From positions 545,724,001 through 545,788,000 of the forward strand of contig NC_091286.1 in NCBI RefSeq assembly GCF_032444005.1: a DNA stretch of 64,000 nt, written 5' to 3'. Positions 48,809 to 59,210 of the stretch are shown here, piece by piece; the stretch's first letter is position 1; each line of letters opens with the position of its first letter. The notes under the pieces were generated by a model. That model ran no database searches. It had not been told where the DNA came from and saw nothing but the letters and a program-made list of their open reading frames with translations. The position numbers and the translations under genes are program-made. The DNA comes from Ranitomeya imitator. Lineage: Eukaryota.

Positions 48809-48951
48809 CCTCCAGCTGTGTTCACAAAGGGGTAACTCCATCCAGTCTCTGTCTTGCAGTATGGGCCCTGAGACAATCCCAGTGAGGAGATAATCAAGGA
48901 ATATCCAGAAAACAACACACCCAGAAGAGCGAAAATTGCAGACCCCAGTCT
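48809..48951 (-). CDS. tm4sf18: TM4SF18 coding exon 3
   Basis: RLGSAIFALLGVLFSGYSLIISSLGLSQGPYCKTETGWSYPFVNTAG; TTTCAG acceptor in phase 0, GTACGT donor in phase 2; 143 nt. Confidence 0.92.
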
Positions 48952-49959
48952 CTGAAATATAACAAATAGTTGACATGTGATCGGGCCTTACAATCAGCTT
49001 TATTCCTCTGAACAGAACATATAATGAAAAAATAGTATCTGAATCTAACATCATCGCATCTAGTTAATAGTAATGCGTACAGTGGGGAAAAAAGTATTTA
49101 GTCAGCCACGAATTGTGCAAGTTCTCTCACTTAAAAAGATGAGAGAGGCCCAGAGGCGTAGCTAGGGTTTTAGCTTAGGGGAGGCGAAAAATCTGAGTGG
49201 GCCCCTAACCAGGTACCCCTGACTACAGCTATGTGGTGCACCCTAATTGTGAGCATAGAGGAACATCAGCAGATGACCGCACTCTGACTGAAAAAAACAT
49301 CTTTTTAGACAAAAACGAACACTGATATTACTATATGGAGACCATATAGTGGTAGATACCAGTCCTGCAGACCATATAAAAGATCACTGGACAGTTTTAG
49401 ATGGTGACTTACAGCTGATGGGCTTTCTTATGGAGTTGTTCACTTTTCCCATCTTTTCCATCTGGCCCAGAGCAACGTAAGAACTTCTCCAGCCAGGATT
49501 TGTCTGCAGAGACTACAACAAAGACACATCATACGTCCCACATTTCCAGCACCGTCCATATCTATTCCCAACCTGCACAAGCTAATAATTCTGCTGATAC
49601 CGCAATACAGAGCCGCTGCTGCTGTATGTGTCCCTATTACTGCACCTGCTGTGTAGTACAATAATGGTGCCGCCCCACATAAAAATGCCACCACTGTGCC
49701 CCTTACATAGTAATAATGACTCCTTTGTGCTCTCTAGATAATAAAATTCACCCCTAGAAAACACTAATGCCCTGTGCTAGTGCCCTCCACATTTTGTGCC
49801 TAAAAAGTAATAATACCACATATGAAATTTTGATGGTCTCAGTGCTCTGAGTGCCCCAATAACAATAATGTTTAAGTGCCCACTTAACATTTAATAATGT
49901 CCCCTAAGTAGCCTCCATGTACAGCTTGACTACGAGCTTGTATACTACTCGTATTGACT

Positions 49960-50310
49960 ACTCGTATACACAGTATGGTGGGCCCACAGCTTTCCTATAC
50001 ACAGTATAATGCCCCTACAGCTCCTCTATACACAATATGATGATTCCACAGCTTCCCTATGCACAGTATGATGTCCCCACTGCTCCCCTATACACAGTAT
50101 AATGAGCACACAGCTCCCCTCTACACAGTATGATGATTCCACAGCTTCCCTGTACACAGTTTGATGTCCCCACTGTTCCCTTATACACAGTATGATGAGC
50201 CCACAGCTTTTCTATACACAGTATAATGCCCCCACAGCTACTCTATAGACAATATTATGATCCCACAGCTTCCCTATACACAGTATAATGCCCCCACAGC
50301 TCCCCTATAC
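49960..50310. repeat. ~32-bp minisatellite related to 2322-4080
   Basis: ACACAGTATRATGCCCCCACAGCT units. Confidence 0.8.
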
Positions 50311-50462
50311 AAAACACAGTATATAGTTAATAGTGTTCTGACACCGTGCGTCGGCTGCACTGAGAGTCATGATGCCAGGAGGAAATTAACTTCGTTCCTC
50401 ACTGCAGCCTAGGGGGCGGCGCCGTACTGTTTCAGTCACAGCAGCTGTAACTGCGCCTCTTA

Positions 50463-50764
50463 GGGTATGTGCACACGTTGCGGATAACATTGCGGACTTT
50501 TCCGTTCGGATTCTGAAAAATCCGCAGGTAAAAACACCCTGCGTTTTACCTGCGGATTCCCAGCGGATTTACTGCATATTTTGTGCAGATTTCGCCTGTG
50601 TTTTTACACCTGCGGAATTGATATGCTGCGAAAAAATACAACGCAGCGTTTCCGCGCTGTATTTTCCGCAGCATGTGCACTGCGGATTTTGTCTTCCATA
50701 GGTTTACATGGTACTGTAAACCTGATGGAAATCCGCTGCGGATCCACAACGTGTACACATAGCC
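50463..50764. mobile_element. Harbinger-type MITE (first of a tandem pair)
   Basis: GGGTATGTGCACACG ... CGTGTACACATAGCC; TTA on the left, TAA on the right. Confidence 0.82.
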
Positions 50765-50767
50765 TAA

Positions 50768-51404
50768 GGCTATGTGCACACGTAGGAAGGGTCCCTGCGG
50801 GTTCTCCCGCAGCGGATTTGATAAATCTGCAGGGCAAAACCGCTGTGGTTATCCCTGCAGATTTATCACGGTTTGTCTTGCGGTTTCCGCTGCGGGATTA
50901 CTCCTACTATTGATGCTGCATATGCAGCAATATGCAGCATCAATAGTAATGTTAAAAATAATTAAAAAAATGGTTATATACTCACCCTCTGACATCCCGA
51001 TCTCCTCGGCGCTGCACGTGGCGGTCCGGTTCCAAAGATGCTGTGCGAGAAGGACCTTCGTGACGTCACGGTCATGTGACCGCGACGTCATCACAGGCCC
51101 TGCTCGCATAGCAACCCTGCCACCGGACGGCCGCATGCAGTGCTGAGAGGTGAGTATATCATGATTTTTTATTTTAATTCCCCATTCGGGAAGTAAGCGG
51201 ATCAATGCATTCCTATGTGTGCAGAATCGCCGCGATTCTGCACAAAAGAAGTGACATGCTGTGGATTGTAAACCGCGGCGTTCCCGCGCGTTTTTTTCTG
51301 CAGCATGTGCACAGCGTTTTCGGTTTCCCATAGGTTTACATTGAACTGTAGACTCATGGGAAACTGCTGTGGATCCGCAGCTGCAGAAACGTGTGCACAT
51401 AGCC
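50768..51404. mobile_element. Harbinger-type MITE (second of a tandem pair)
   Basis: GGCTATGTGCACACG ... CGTGTGCACATAGCC; TAA on the left, TTA on the right. Confidence 0.82.
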
Positions 51405-51564
51405 TTAAAGCGCCACTCCAGCGGTGAAATAACAAAAAATGCTGCAGTGATGCTTTAAATGTGATGCAGCTCATGGCTTACCCAGCTGATAAGTATAATA
51501 TGCCCCCTACCTCCCCTTCCCAGAGAACAACTATTACATGTGATGGAGTGCATATAGTCTCTTA

Positions 51565-51939
51565 GGCTACTTTCACACTAGCGTTTTCTGCAATCCGTCA
51601 CAATGCGTCGTTTTGCAGAAAAAACGCATCCTGCAAAAGTGATTGCAGGATGCGTTTTTTCCCCATAGACTTGTATTGACGACGCGTCGTGCTTTGGCGG
51701 ACCGTCGGGAGCAAAAAACGCTACATGTAACGTTTTTTGCTCCTGACGGACCGCTTTTTCCGACCGCGCATGCGCGGCCGGAACTCCGCCCCCACCTCCC
51801 CGCACCTTACAATGGGGCAGCGGATGCGCCGGAAAAATGCATCCGCTGCACCCATTGTGCAATGCAGCAAACGCTAGCGTCGGAATCTCTCCCTGATGCA
51901 TTGCGACCGGGAGATTCCGACGCTAGTGTGAAAGTAGCC
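51565..51939. mobile_element. Harbinger-type MITE
   Basis: TIR GGCTACTTTCACACTAGCG at both ends; TTA TSD. Confidence 0.88.
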
Positions 51940-53765
51940 TTAACAAAACCATATAATAATCAGCCCCTCAGTGTTGTTGCCCCTCACCCACCTCGGACCT
52001 CACAATACCCTTATCTTCTCACATTCACCCCCCCCAGTGCCCTGTCCCCCTCCCCCACCTAAGCCCCCACAACACCCCCATCCTCTCACATTTACCCCCC
52101 AGTGACTGACATGCCTATCAATTTAATGCATTTTATCCCCAGAACAGCACTTACCAATGACGTTTGCAGCAGGACCAGGAAGTATCTGAGTGAAATGCAG
52201 GTGGGCACTAGGACCCAGCGTGCCTGCCCTGAGCCAATCCCAGCGTGCACACGGAGGGAACTTGGGAAGAAACCTTTAGCCTGGGAGGAGGTCGGTCAGC
52301 ACAATACAGTGCAGGAGGGAGATTTGCAACTGGCCACTGTGCTGCCAGCGTGCAGAATCTCCGTCAGGCAAGAGAGCAGGCATTTTGCTGCTCTCCTCCT
52401 GTGCTGTATTGTGCCTCATCACGGAAGTGGCAGTGCCGGCTCCCAGTGGGCCCCTTCATGTGACAGGGCCCGGGGCGATGGCCCCCTCTGCCCCCCCAGT
52501 AGCTACGCTACTGGAGAGGCCTGTAATTGACATCATAGGTAGACCACAACTATGAGAGTCAAAATGAGACAACAAATCCAGAAAATCACCTTGTTTGATT
52601 TGGCAAGATTTATTTTGCAAATTATGGTAGAAAATAAGTATTTGGTCACCTAAAAACATGCACGATTTCTAGCTCTCACAGACCTGTAACTTCTCCTTGA
52701 AGAGACTCCTCTGTCCTCCTCTCATTACCTGTAGTAATGGCGCCTGTTTGAACTTGGTATCAGTATAAAAGCTACCTGTCCACAACCTCAAACAGTCACA
52801 CTCCAAACTCCACTTGGGTGAAGACCAAAGAGCTGTCGAAGGACGCAAGAAACGAAATTGTAGCCCTGCACCAGGCTGGGAAGACTGAATCTGCAATAGG
52901 CAAGCATCTTGGTGTGATGAAATCACCTGTGGGAGCAATAATAAGAAAATGGAAGACATACAAGGCCACTGATAATCTCCCTCGATCTGGGGCTCCACGC
53001 AGGATCTCACCCGGTGGGGTCAAAATGATCACAAGAACGGTGAGCAAAAATCACAGAACCACACGGGGGGACCTAGTGAATGACCTGCATAGAGCTGGGA
53101 CCACTGTAACAAAGGCTACCATCAGTAACACACTACGTCCCAGTGACTCAGATCCTGCAGTGCCAGACGTGTCCCACTGCTTAAGCCAGTACATGTGCGG
53201 GCCCGTCTGAAGTTTGCTAGAGAGCATTCGGATTATCATATGAAGGTCCTGGAGTGGACTAGCCAGTCTCCAGATCTCAACCCCATAGAGAACATTTAGA
53301 GGGAGTTGAAAGTCCATGTTGGCCAGCGACAGGCCCAAAACAGAAGAGATCTACATGGAGGAATGGACCAACATACCACTAACAGTGTGTGCCAACTTTG
53401 TGAAGACTTACAGAAAACATTTGACCCCTGTCATTGCCAACAAAGGATATATAATAAAATATTGAGATGAACTTTTGTTAATGACCAACTACTTATTTTC
53501 TACCATAATTTGCTAAATAAAACTTGCCAAATCAGACAAGGTGATTTTCTGTATTTGTTCTCTCATTTTGACTCTCATAGTTGTGGTCTAACGATGATGT
53601 CAATTACAGGCCTCTCTCATCTTTTTTAGTGGGAGAACTTGCACAATTGGTGTCTGACTAAATACTTTTTTCCCCACTATATATAATTACATATCTTACA
53701 TGGACGCCATAGAAATGAATTGTCCAATCATGTACAAGGCAGAAATCAAAATATATCATACTCAC

Positions 53766-53861
53766 AGAACAATGCATGCGGTACACATGTTTTTCAGCAC
53801 AGCAAGTTGAGCTGCATTTATAGAAATCTACCAACAGGAGGACAATGGATAAAATGATCAT
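53766..53861 (-). CDS. tm4sf18: TM4SF18 coding exon 2
   Basis: MIILSIVLLLVDFYKCSSTCCAEKHVYRMHCS; TACAG acceptor, GTGAGT donor; 96 nt in phase 0/0. Confidence 0.88.
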
Positions 53862-54471
53862 CTGTAATGAGAATAAACCAGGCATAAAAAAATATTTTAA
53901 AGAATATTTTTATTATTAAAGACATAGTTTTGTGCATAGTTTTAAGATTGAGAGGAATCTCAAGTCCTTTGTGTTCAGCCTAGAGCCTAACTTGTTGATC
54001 CAGAGGAAGGCAGATGCTAATTACCTCATACTAGGGGAAAAAATGTTTCCCAACTCCACATCTGCGGATTAACATCCCATCACACAATCTAGTGCTCAAG
54101 GACCTCCTTGAACCTGTGGCAGAGAGTTCCATATTCTCACTGCTCTTAGGCCATGTTCACACAGTGCGTTTTTTACCGCGGAACCGCGGCGGTTTTGCCG
54201 CTGCGGTTCCGCAGCTGTTTTCCATGCAGGGTACAGTACACTGTACCCTATGGAAAACAGGACACACTGTGCACATGGTCCGGAAATTGTTAAAAAAAAG
54301 ACGCGCTGAATAGCTCCCGGAAAAAAGAAGGAGCATGTCAATTCTTTTTCCGGAGCCGCAGCGGTTCTGCACCCATAGACCTCCATTGTGAGGTCAAAAT
54401 CGCAGTAAAACACGCAGATCAAAAATATATCTGCGTGTTTTACTGCGGTTTGATGTGCAGAACCGCTGCTG

Positions 54472-54523
54472 CAGGAAGTTCGGGGAAGCGGGCGGAAGTG
54501 CGTGGGCGGAAGTCCGTGGGCGG
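54472..54523 (+). promoter_or_regulatory. Candidate TATA-less promoter of the MADF gene
   Basis: Three ETS-like [CG][CA]GGAAGT motifs (54472, 54492, 54506) interleaved with three GGGCGG boxes, 40-90 nt upstream of the ATG at 54563. Confidence 0.55.
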
Positions 54524-54562
54524 CGTGTGTGGTCCTGACTGTATCCCGAAGAGACTGTCACC

Positions 54563-57500
54563 ATGGAGGCATACCGTTGCATGGGGATCGATGTCGGGCG
54601 TCTGATTGATTTGGTAAGTCTGTGTGTCCGTCCCCATGCGACGATATGCCTCTATTGTGCTAAGTCGCCGTATCGGACTACTACTCCCATCCGGTATTTA
54701 GGATGGGAGAGTTGTCCCTGTGTCCGGCGACTTAGCACAATACTAAAGTTCACACCAAACACAAACACACAATACACAAACATGACACACAGTACAGTAC
54801 ATACAACACATAACATAGAGTATATACTCACCATACACCACACTTGTAGGCGAAGCCCTCGATCCTCAATGAAAAAATCCCAAAATAATAAAGCAAATCC
54901 ATACTCCCTGTCCGCAGAATCCATAACCGAGTGTCCCACGCCGATCTCCTGCTCTCCGGTGATACACTGCCAGGAGCGAAGCTCCTAGCAGTGTATCGCG
55001 TACTGTCCCGGAGCTCAATGGCGCCGGCGTCTCGGTTAACGGCAGTACAGCTGCGTTGAACTTTCCCACGCAGCACTGCCGTTAAGCGAGAGTACCGGGG
55101 TCAATGACCGCCGGTAAACTCGCTCGCGCATGCGCAGTGACACACCGACAGGAACTATGGCTCCTGTCAGTGTGTTGCTGCAGCCGTGGAGAGCAGACAC
55201 ATCTCTGGATGTGTCTGTTCTCCATGGAAGATCTTCGTGGGACCCTCGATGGATTTCTGCGGACAGGGCCAGGGAGTATGAATTTGTTTTTTTGTTTTGC
55301 CTTTTTTTCAGGTCGAGGGTCTTCAGGATGGATTGAGCGTGCAATAAAAGAATTGTCAAAAAGTGTGTGTCTTTATTTCATTAAAATATTTTTTCTAGTG
55401 TTTGTGTTTTTTTTTTTAACCCTTTCATTGGCTTAATAATGGATAGGCGTCTCATTGACGCCTCTCCATTATTAACCGGGCTTAATGCCACCTTACAATA
55501 GCAAGGTGGCATTAACCCCTCATTACCCCATATCCCACCGCTACACGGGAGTGGGAAGAGAGGGGCTAAGTGCCGGAATTGGCGCATCTTTTTGATGCGC
55601 CTTTTCCGGGGCGGCTGCGGGCTTATATTTGTAGCCAGGGGGGGGCAAATATCCATGGCCCCTTTCCTAGGCTATGAATATAAGCCCACGGCTGTCTGCG
55701 TAGCCTTTCTGGCCTAAAAATATAGGGGGACCCCAACACGTTTTTTTTCGGGGCCCCCTATATTTTAGTGCCAGAAAGGCTACGCAGACAGCCGTGGGCT
55801 TATATTCATAGCCTGGGAACAGCCATGGGTATTTTAACCCCTTCCCGGGCGTCAAATATTGGCCCACAGCTGTCTGCTTAGCCTTTCTGGCCTAAAAATA
55901 TAGGGGGACCCCAACACGTTTTTTTTTTTCGGGTCACCCTATTTTTTAGTGCCAGAAAGGCTACGCAGACAGCTGTGGGTTAATATTCATAGCCTGGGAA
56001 CAGCCATGGGTATTTTAACCCCTTCCCGGGCGTCAAATATTGGCCCACAGCTGTCTGCTTAGCCTTTCTGGCCTAAAAAAATAGGGGGACCCCAACACAT
56101 TTTTTTTTTTTAGGGGGGTCCACATATATTATAGTAAACCTTAGGATTAATAATTGATCGGCGTCTTATTGACGCCTCGCCATTACTAACCGTGCTTAAT
56201 GCCACCTTACAATAGCTTTAGGGGTAGGGTTAGGATCCCTGTAGGGTTAGGGTTAGGATCCCTTTAGGGTTAGGGTTAGGATCCCTTTAGGGTTAGGGTT
56301 AGGATCCCTGTAGGGTTAGGGTTAGGGTTAGGGTTAGGATACCTGTAGGGTTAGNNNNNNNNNNNNNNNNNNNNNNNNNNNNNNNNNNNNNNNNNNNNNN
56401 NNNNNNNNNNNNNNNNNNNNNNNNNNNNNNNNNNNNNNNNNNNNNNNNNNNNNNNNNNNNNNNNNNNNNNNNNNNNNNNNNNNNNNNNNNNNNGGTTANN
56501 NNNNNNNNNNNNNNNNNNNNNNNNNNNNNNNNNNNNNNNNNNNNNNNNNNNNNNNNNNNNNNNNNNNNNNNNNNNNNNNNNNNNNNNNNNNNNNNNNNNN
56601 NNNNNNNNNNNNNNNNNNNNNNNNNNNNNNNNNNNNNNNNNNNNNNNNNNNNNNNNNNNNNNNNNNNNNNNNNNNNNNNNNNNNNGGTTAGGGTTAGTAT
56701 CCCTGTAGGGTTAGGGTTAGGATCCCTGTAGGGTTAGGGTTAGGGTTAGGGTTAGGATCCCTGTAGGGTTAGGGTTAGGGTTAGGATCCCTGTAGGGTTA
56801 GGGTTAGGGTTAGGATCCCTGTAGGGTTAGGGTTAGGATCCCTGTAGGGTTAGGGTTAGGGTTAGGGTTAGGATACCTGTAGGGTTAGGGTTAGGGTTAG
56901 TATCCCTGTAGGGTTAGGGTTAGGATCCCTGTAGGGTTAGGGTTAGGGTTAGGGTTAGGATCCCTGTAGGGTTAGGGTTAGGGTTAGGATCCCTGTAGGG
57001 TTAGGGTTAGGGTTAGGATCCCTGTAGGGTTAGGGTTAGGATCCCTGTAGGGTTAGGGTTAGGGTTAGGATCCCTGTAGGGTTAGGGTTAGGATCCCTGT
57101 AGGGTTAGGGTTAGGGTTAGGGTTAGGATCCCTGTAGGGTTAGGGTTAGGATCCCTGTAGGGTTAGGGTTAGGGTTAGGATACCTGTAGGGTTAGGGTTA
57201 GGATACCTGTAGGGTTAGGGTTAGGATCCCTGTAGGGTTAGGATCCCTTTTGTGGTTGTGTTATGTTTAGGATCCCTTTTGGGGTAGAGTGCTTAGGGTT
57301 ATGAGCCCTAACCCTACCCTAACTATTTCACTTTATAGTGTGTTTTTTAATGAATGTTGTTGATTGTCGCACGAACCACTCAGGATTGACGGCGACAGAG
57401 CTAGTGGTAAAACAACTGCACACAAGCGTTTTTATTGGTGTTTGTGTTTTCAGTTTGTGCTTGTGTTCAGTTATTAGGGGTTACTTTGAAATATTTCCAG

Positions 57501-58703
57501 CAATTGTGTAACATTACTTGGTCGCGCTATAGATTATGAGATGACACTATTGTATTTATTGTAGGTTCGGGATTATCCGGCCTTGTGGGACCCAGCCGAT
57601 GAATCCTACAAGGATAAATATTTCCGGGAACTAGCCTGGACCAAAATTGTACGAGACCTTATCCCAGATTGGGACAAGTATCCAGGGAGTACACAGCAGC
57701 AAATTGGTAATTTTAATTAAATTTATTTAGTAAACCTTGAGTATATTAAAAATATAATTTGTTTAGATCTCACAAAAAATGTTGTATTTTGTAACCTTTT
57801 TTTGGTAGATAACGATGTGAGGAAACGGTGGCGCTCAATCAGAGACCGTTTCACGAAGTTCCTGAACGAATGTTCTAAGAGTGGCTCTTCGCCGAGCAAA
57901 AGTAAATTTCCATTTAGCGAAGAGCTGCAGTTTCTTGTGTCCAGTAGGACATTGAGAAAGTAAGTTAAAATCCACTCCACATGATTATTTAAATATAATA
58001 TGTTGTGCGAAAAATTGATGTTTTTTTTTTCTCCAACAGGACGGAAGGAAACATGTCGGTAGCTGATTTGGAGGACAGCGACAAAGAGGATGGAGCAGGC
58101 AGTTCCTCTGGAGTGGGAGGGACCATCTCTACCTCCACTCCCACAGCTTCTGCTGAATCAGCATCCACTTCAGCAGCTGCTGCATCAACATCTAGTTCAG
58201 CAGCTGCTGAAGCATCTGATTCCGCAGAAGCTGTGAGAGTGGAGAAGAGAGCTGTCTATCCGGTGGCAGCAGAGAAAAAAAAAAAAAAAACAAAGAAAAA
58301 CCAAGATGACCAAACTGTCCAAATCGCTTGCGACACGTTAGATCTATTAAAAAAATCTAGTTCTGATGACCACTGCGACTCCTTCGCAATAACTGTGGCA
58401 AGAAAAACACGCTCCCTGCCACCGGATAGACAATCTCTTTTCATGTCCATGGTCCAGATGTCCCTCACTGCTCTGGAGGACCCTGCTCCGATATCTCCAT
58501 ACAATGAAGTTCTGATGGGGGTGTTGGGACTTTTCAGGCCCCGACACCGAACACCGGAAACACAAGCTACCAGACCCCAGTATTTGGCCCACAGCCAAGT
58601 TACTTCTGGAGATAGAGGAAGTTCGCAGCATATGGGGGGAGCATCATATCAATCAGAGGGATCAAATTTCCTCTATTCTCCAGAATATACTTTTCTGAAT
58701 TGA
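54563..58703 (+). CDS. Harbinger Myb/SANT-like (MADF) DNA-binding protein, 335 aa; exons 54563-54613, 57565-57706, 57809-57959, 58040-58703
   Basis: All introns are GT-AG with matching phases (0, 1, 2). The spliced product reads MEAYRCMGIDVGRLIDLVRDYPALWD...AW...VRKRWRSIRDRF (MADF signature) with a BESS-like DSFAITVARKTRSLPP; 1008 nt with no stop or frameshift. Confidence 0.9.
55670..56100. repeat. Tandem ~180-bp foldback units in MADF intron 1
   Basis: Perfect 44-bp arms at 55670-55713 and 55770-55813, repeated downstream. Confidence 0.8.
56218..57322 (+). repeat. Telomere-like array: (TTAGGG)1-4 alternating with TTAGGATCCCTGTAGGG; short CCCTAA inversion at 57307-57322
   Basis: Directly visible; interrupted by N blocks at 56355-56493 and 56499-56685, so the true length is unknown. 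Confidence 0.92.
56355..56685. other. Undetermined bases (assembly gap or masking) within the telomere-like array
   Basis: N runs of 139 and 187 nt separated by GGTTA. Confidence 0.95.
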
Positions 58704-59210
58704 ACATGGGCAAAAATTTTCAGTGGCACCGAGTTTTTTTTGGTTTGTTTTTTAGCTCCAGTTGCCGGTTGGCTTTGAAAGGGGCTTTTTTTTGTTTTTT
58801 CTAATTGAAAAATCTTTTGTAAATATTGCAAAGAATTTGTGTTCTTTTAAATATATTACATTTCAAACAGACTATTCTCTTCTTTATTACAATGCGGTCA
58901 AGGCCGCTATCCTGGGTTTATGGGCTATCAATTAGTGGTTTATGTGTTGATGTGTTAACAATTGTATACGTCATATTGCTATTATTTTCATAAAACACCC
59001 AATTTTTTGTAGCCAAAAAAAAAAAAAAAAATTAATTACACCCAAATAGATTTTTTATTGATATTACAATCAATTATTTAACACAGTTTTTTTGGTAACA
59101 TGAAACAAAAAAATTTTTTTTCAAACTTTTGTGTTGGTTGCTGGCGTTTCTCATTCTTCGGGATGTTGTCAAAACTGTTATCAGCGATGTCGGCAACATT
59201 TCTGGGGGGG

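Larger units (their letters stand above)
49151..52513. mobile_element. Non-autonomous hAT element (3363 bp) containing minisatellite and MITEs
   Basis: 8-bp TSD GAGAGGCC (49143-49150 and 52514-52521); TIRs CAGAGGCGTAGCTA / CAGTAGCGTAGCTA. Confidence 0.9.
49080..53679 (+). mobile_element. Tc1 transposon (family B, copy 2), internally deleted, with a hAT inserted in its left TIR
   Basis: TA-CAGTGGGGAAAAAAGTATTTAGTCAG start; right TIR ends at 53679 before TA; ORF 52818.. MKTKELSKD; most of the DDE region is deleted. Confidence 0.92.

Noticed and set aside
56494-56498. GGTTA island between N blocks as a meaningful feature
   Set aside because: Most likely a masking or consensus artefact of the surrounding repeat.
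56218-57322. True telomere or ancestral chromosome-fusion site
   Set aside because: The repeats are regularly interrupted, the CCCTAA side is only ~16 bp, and the array lies inside a transposon inside a gene intron.
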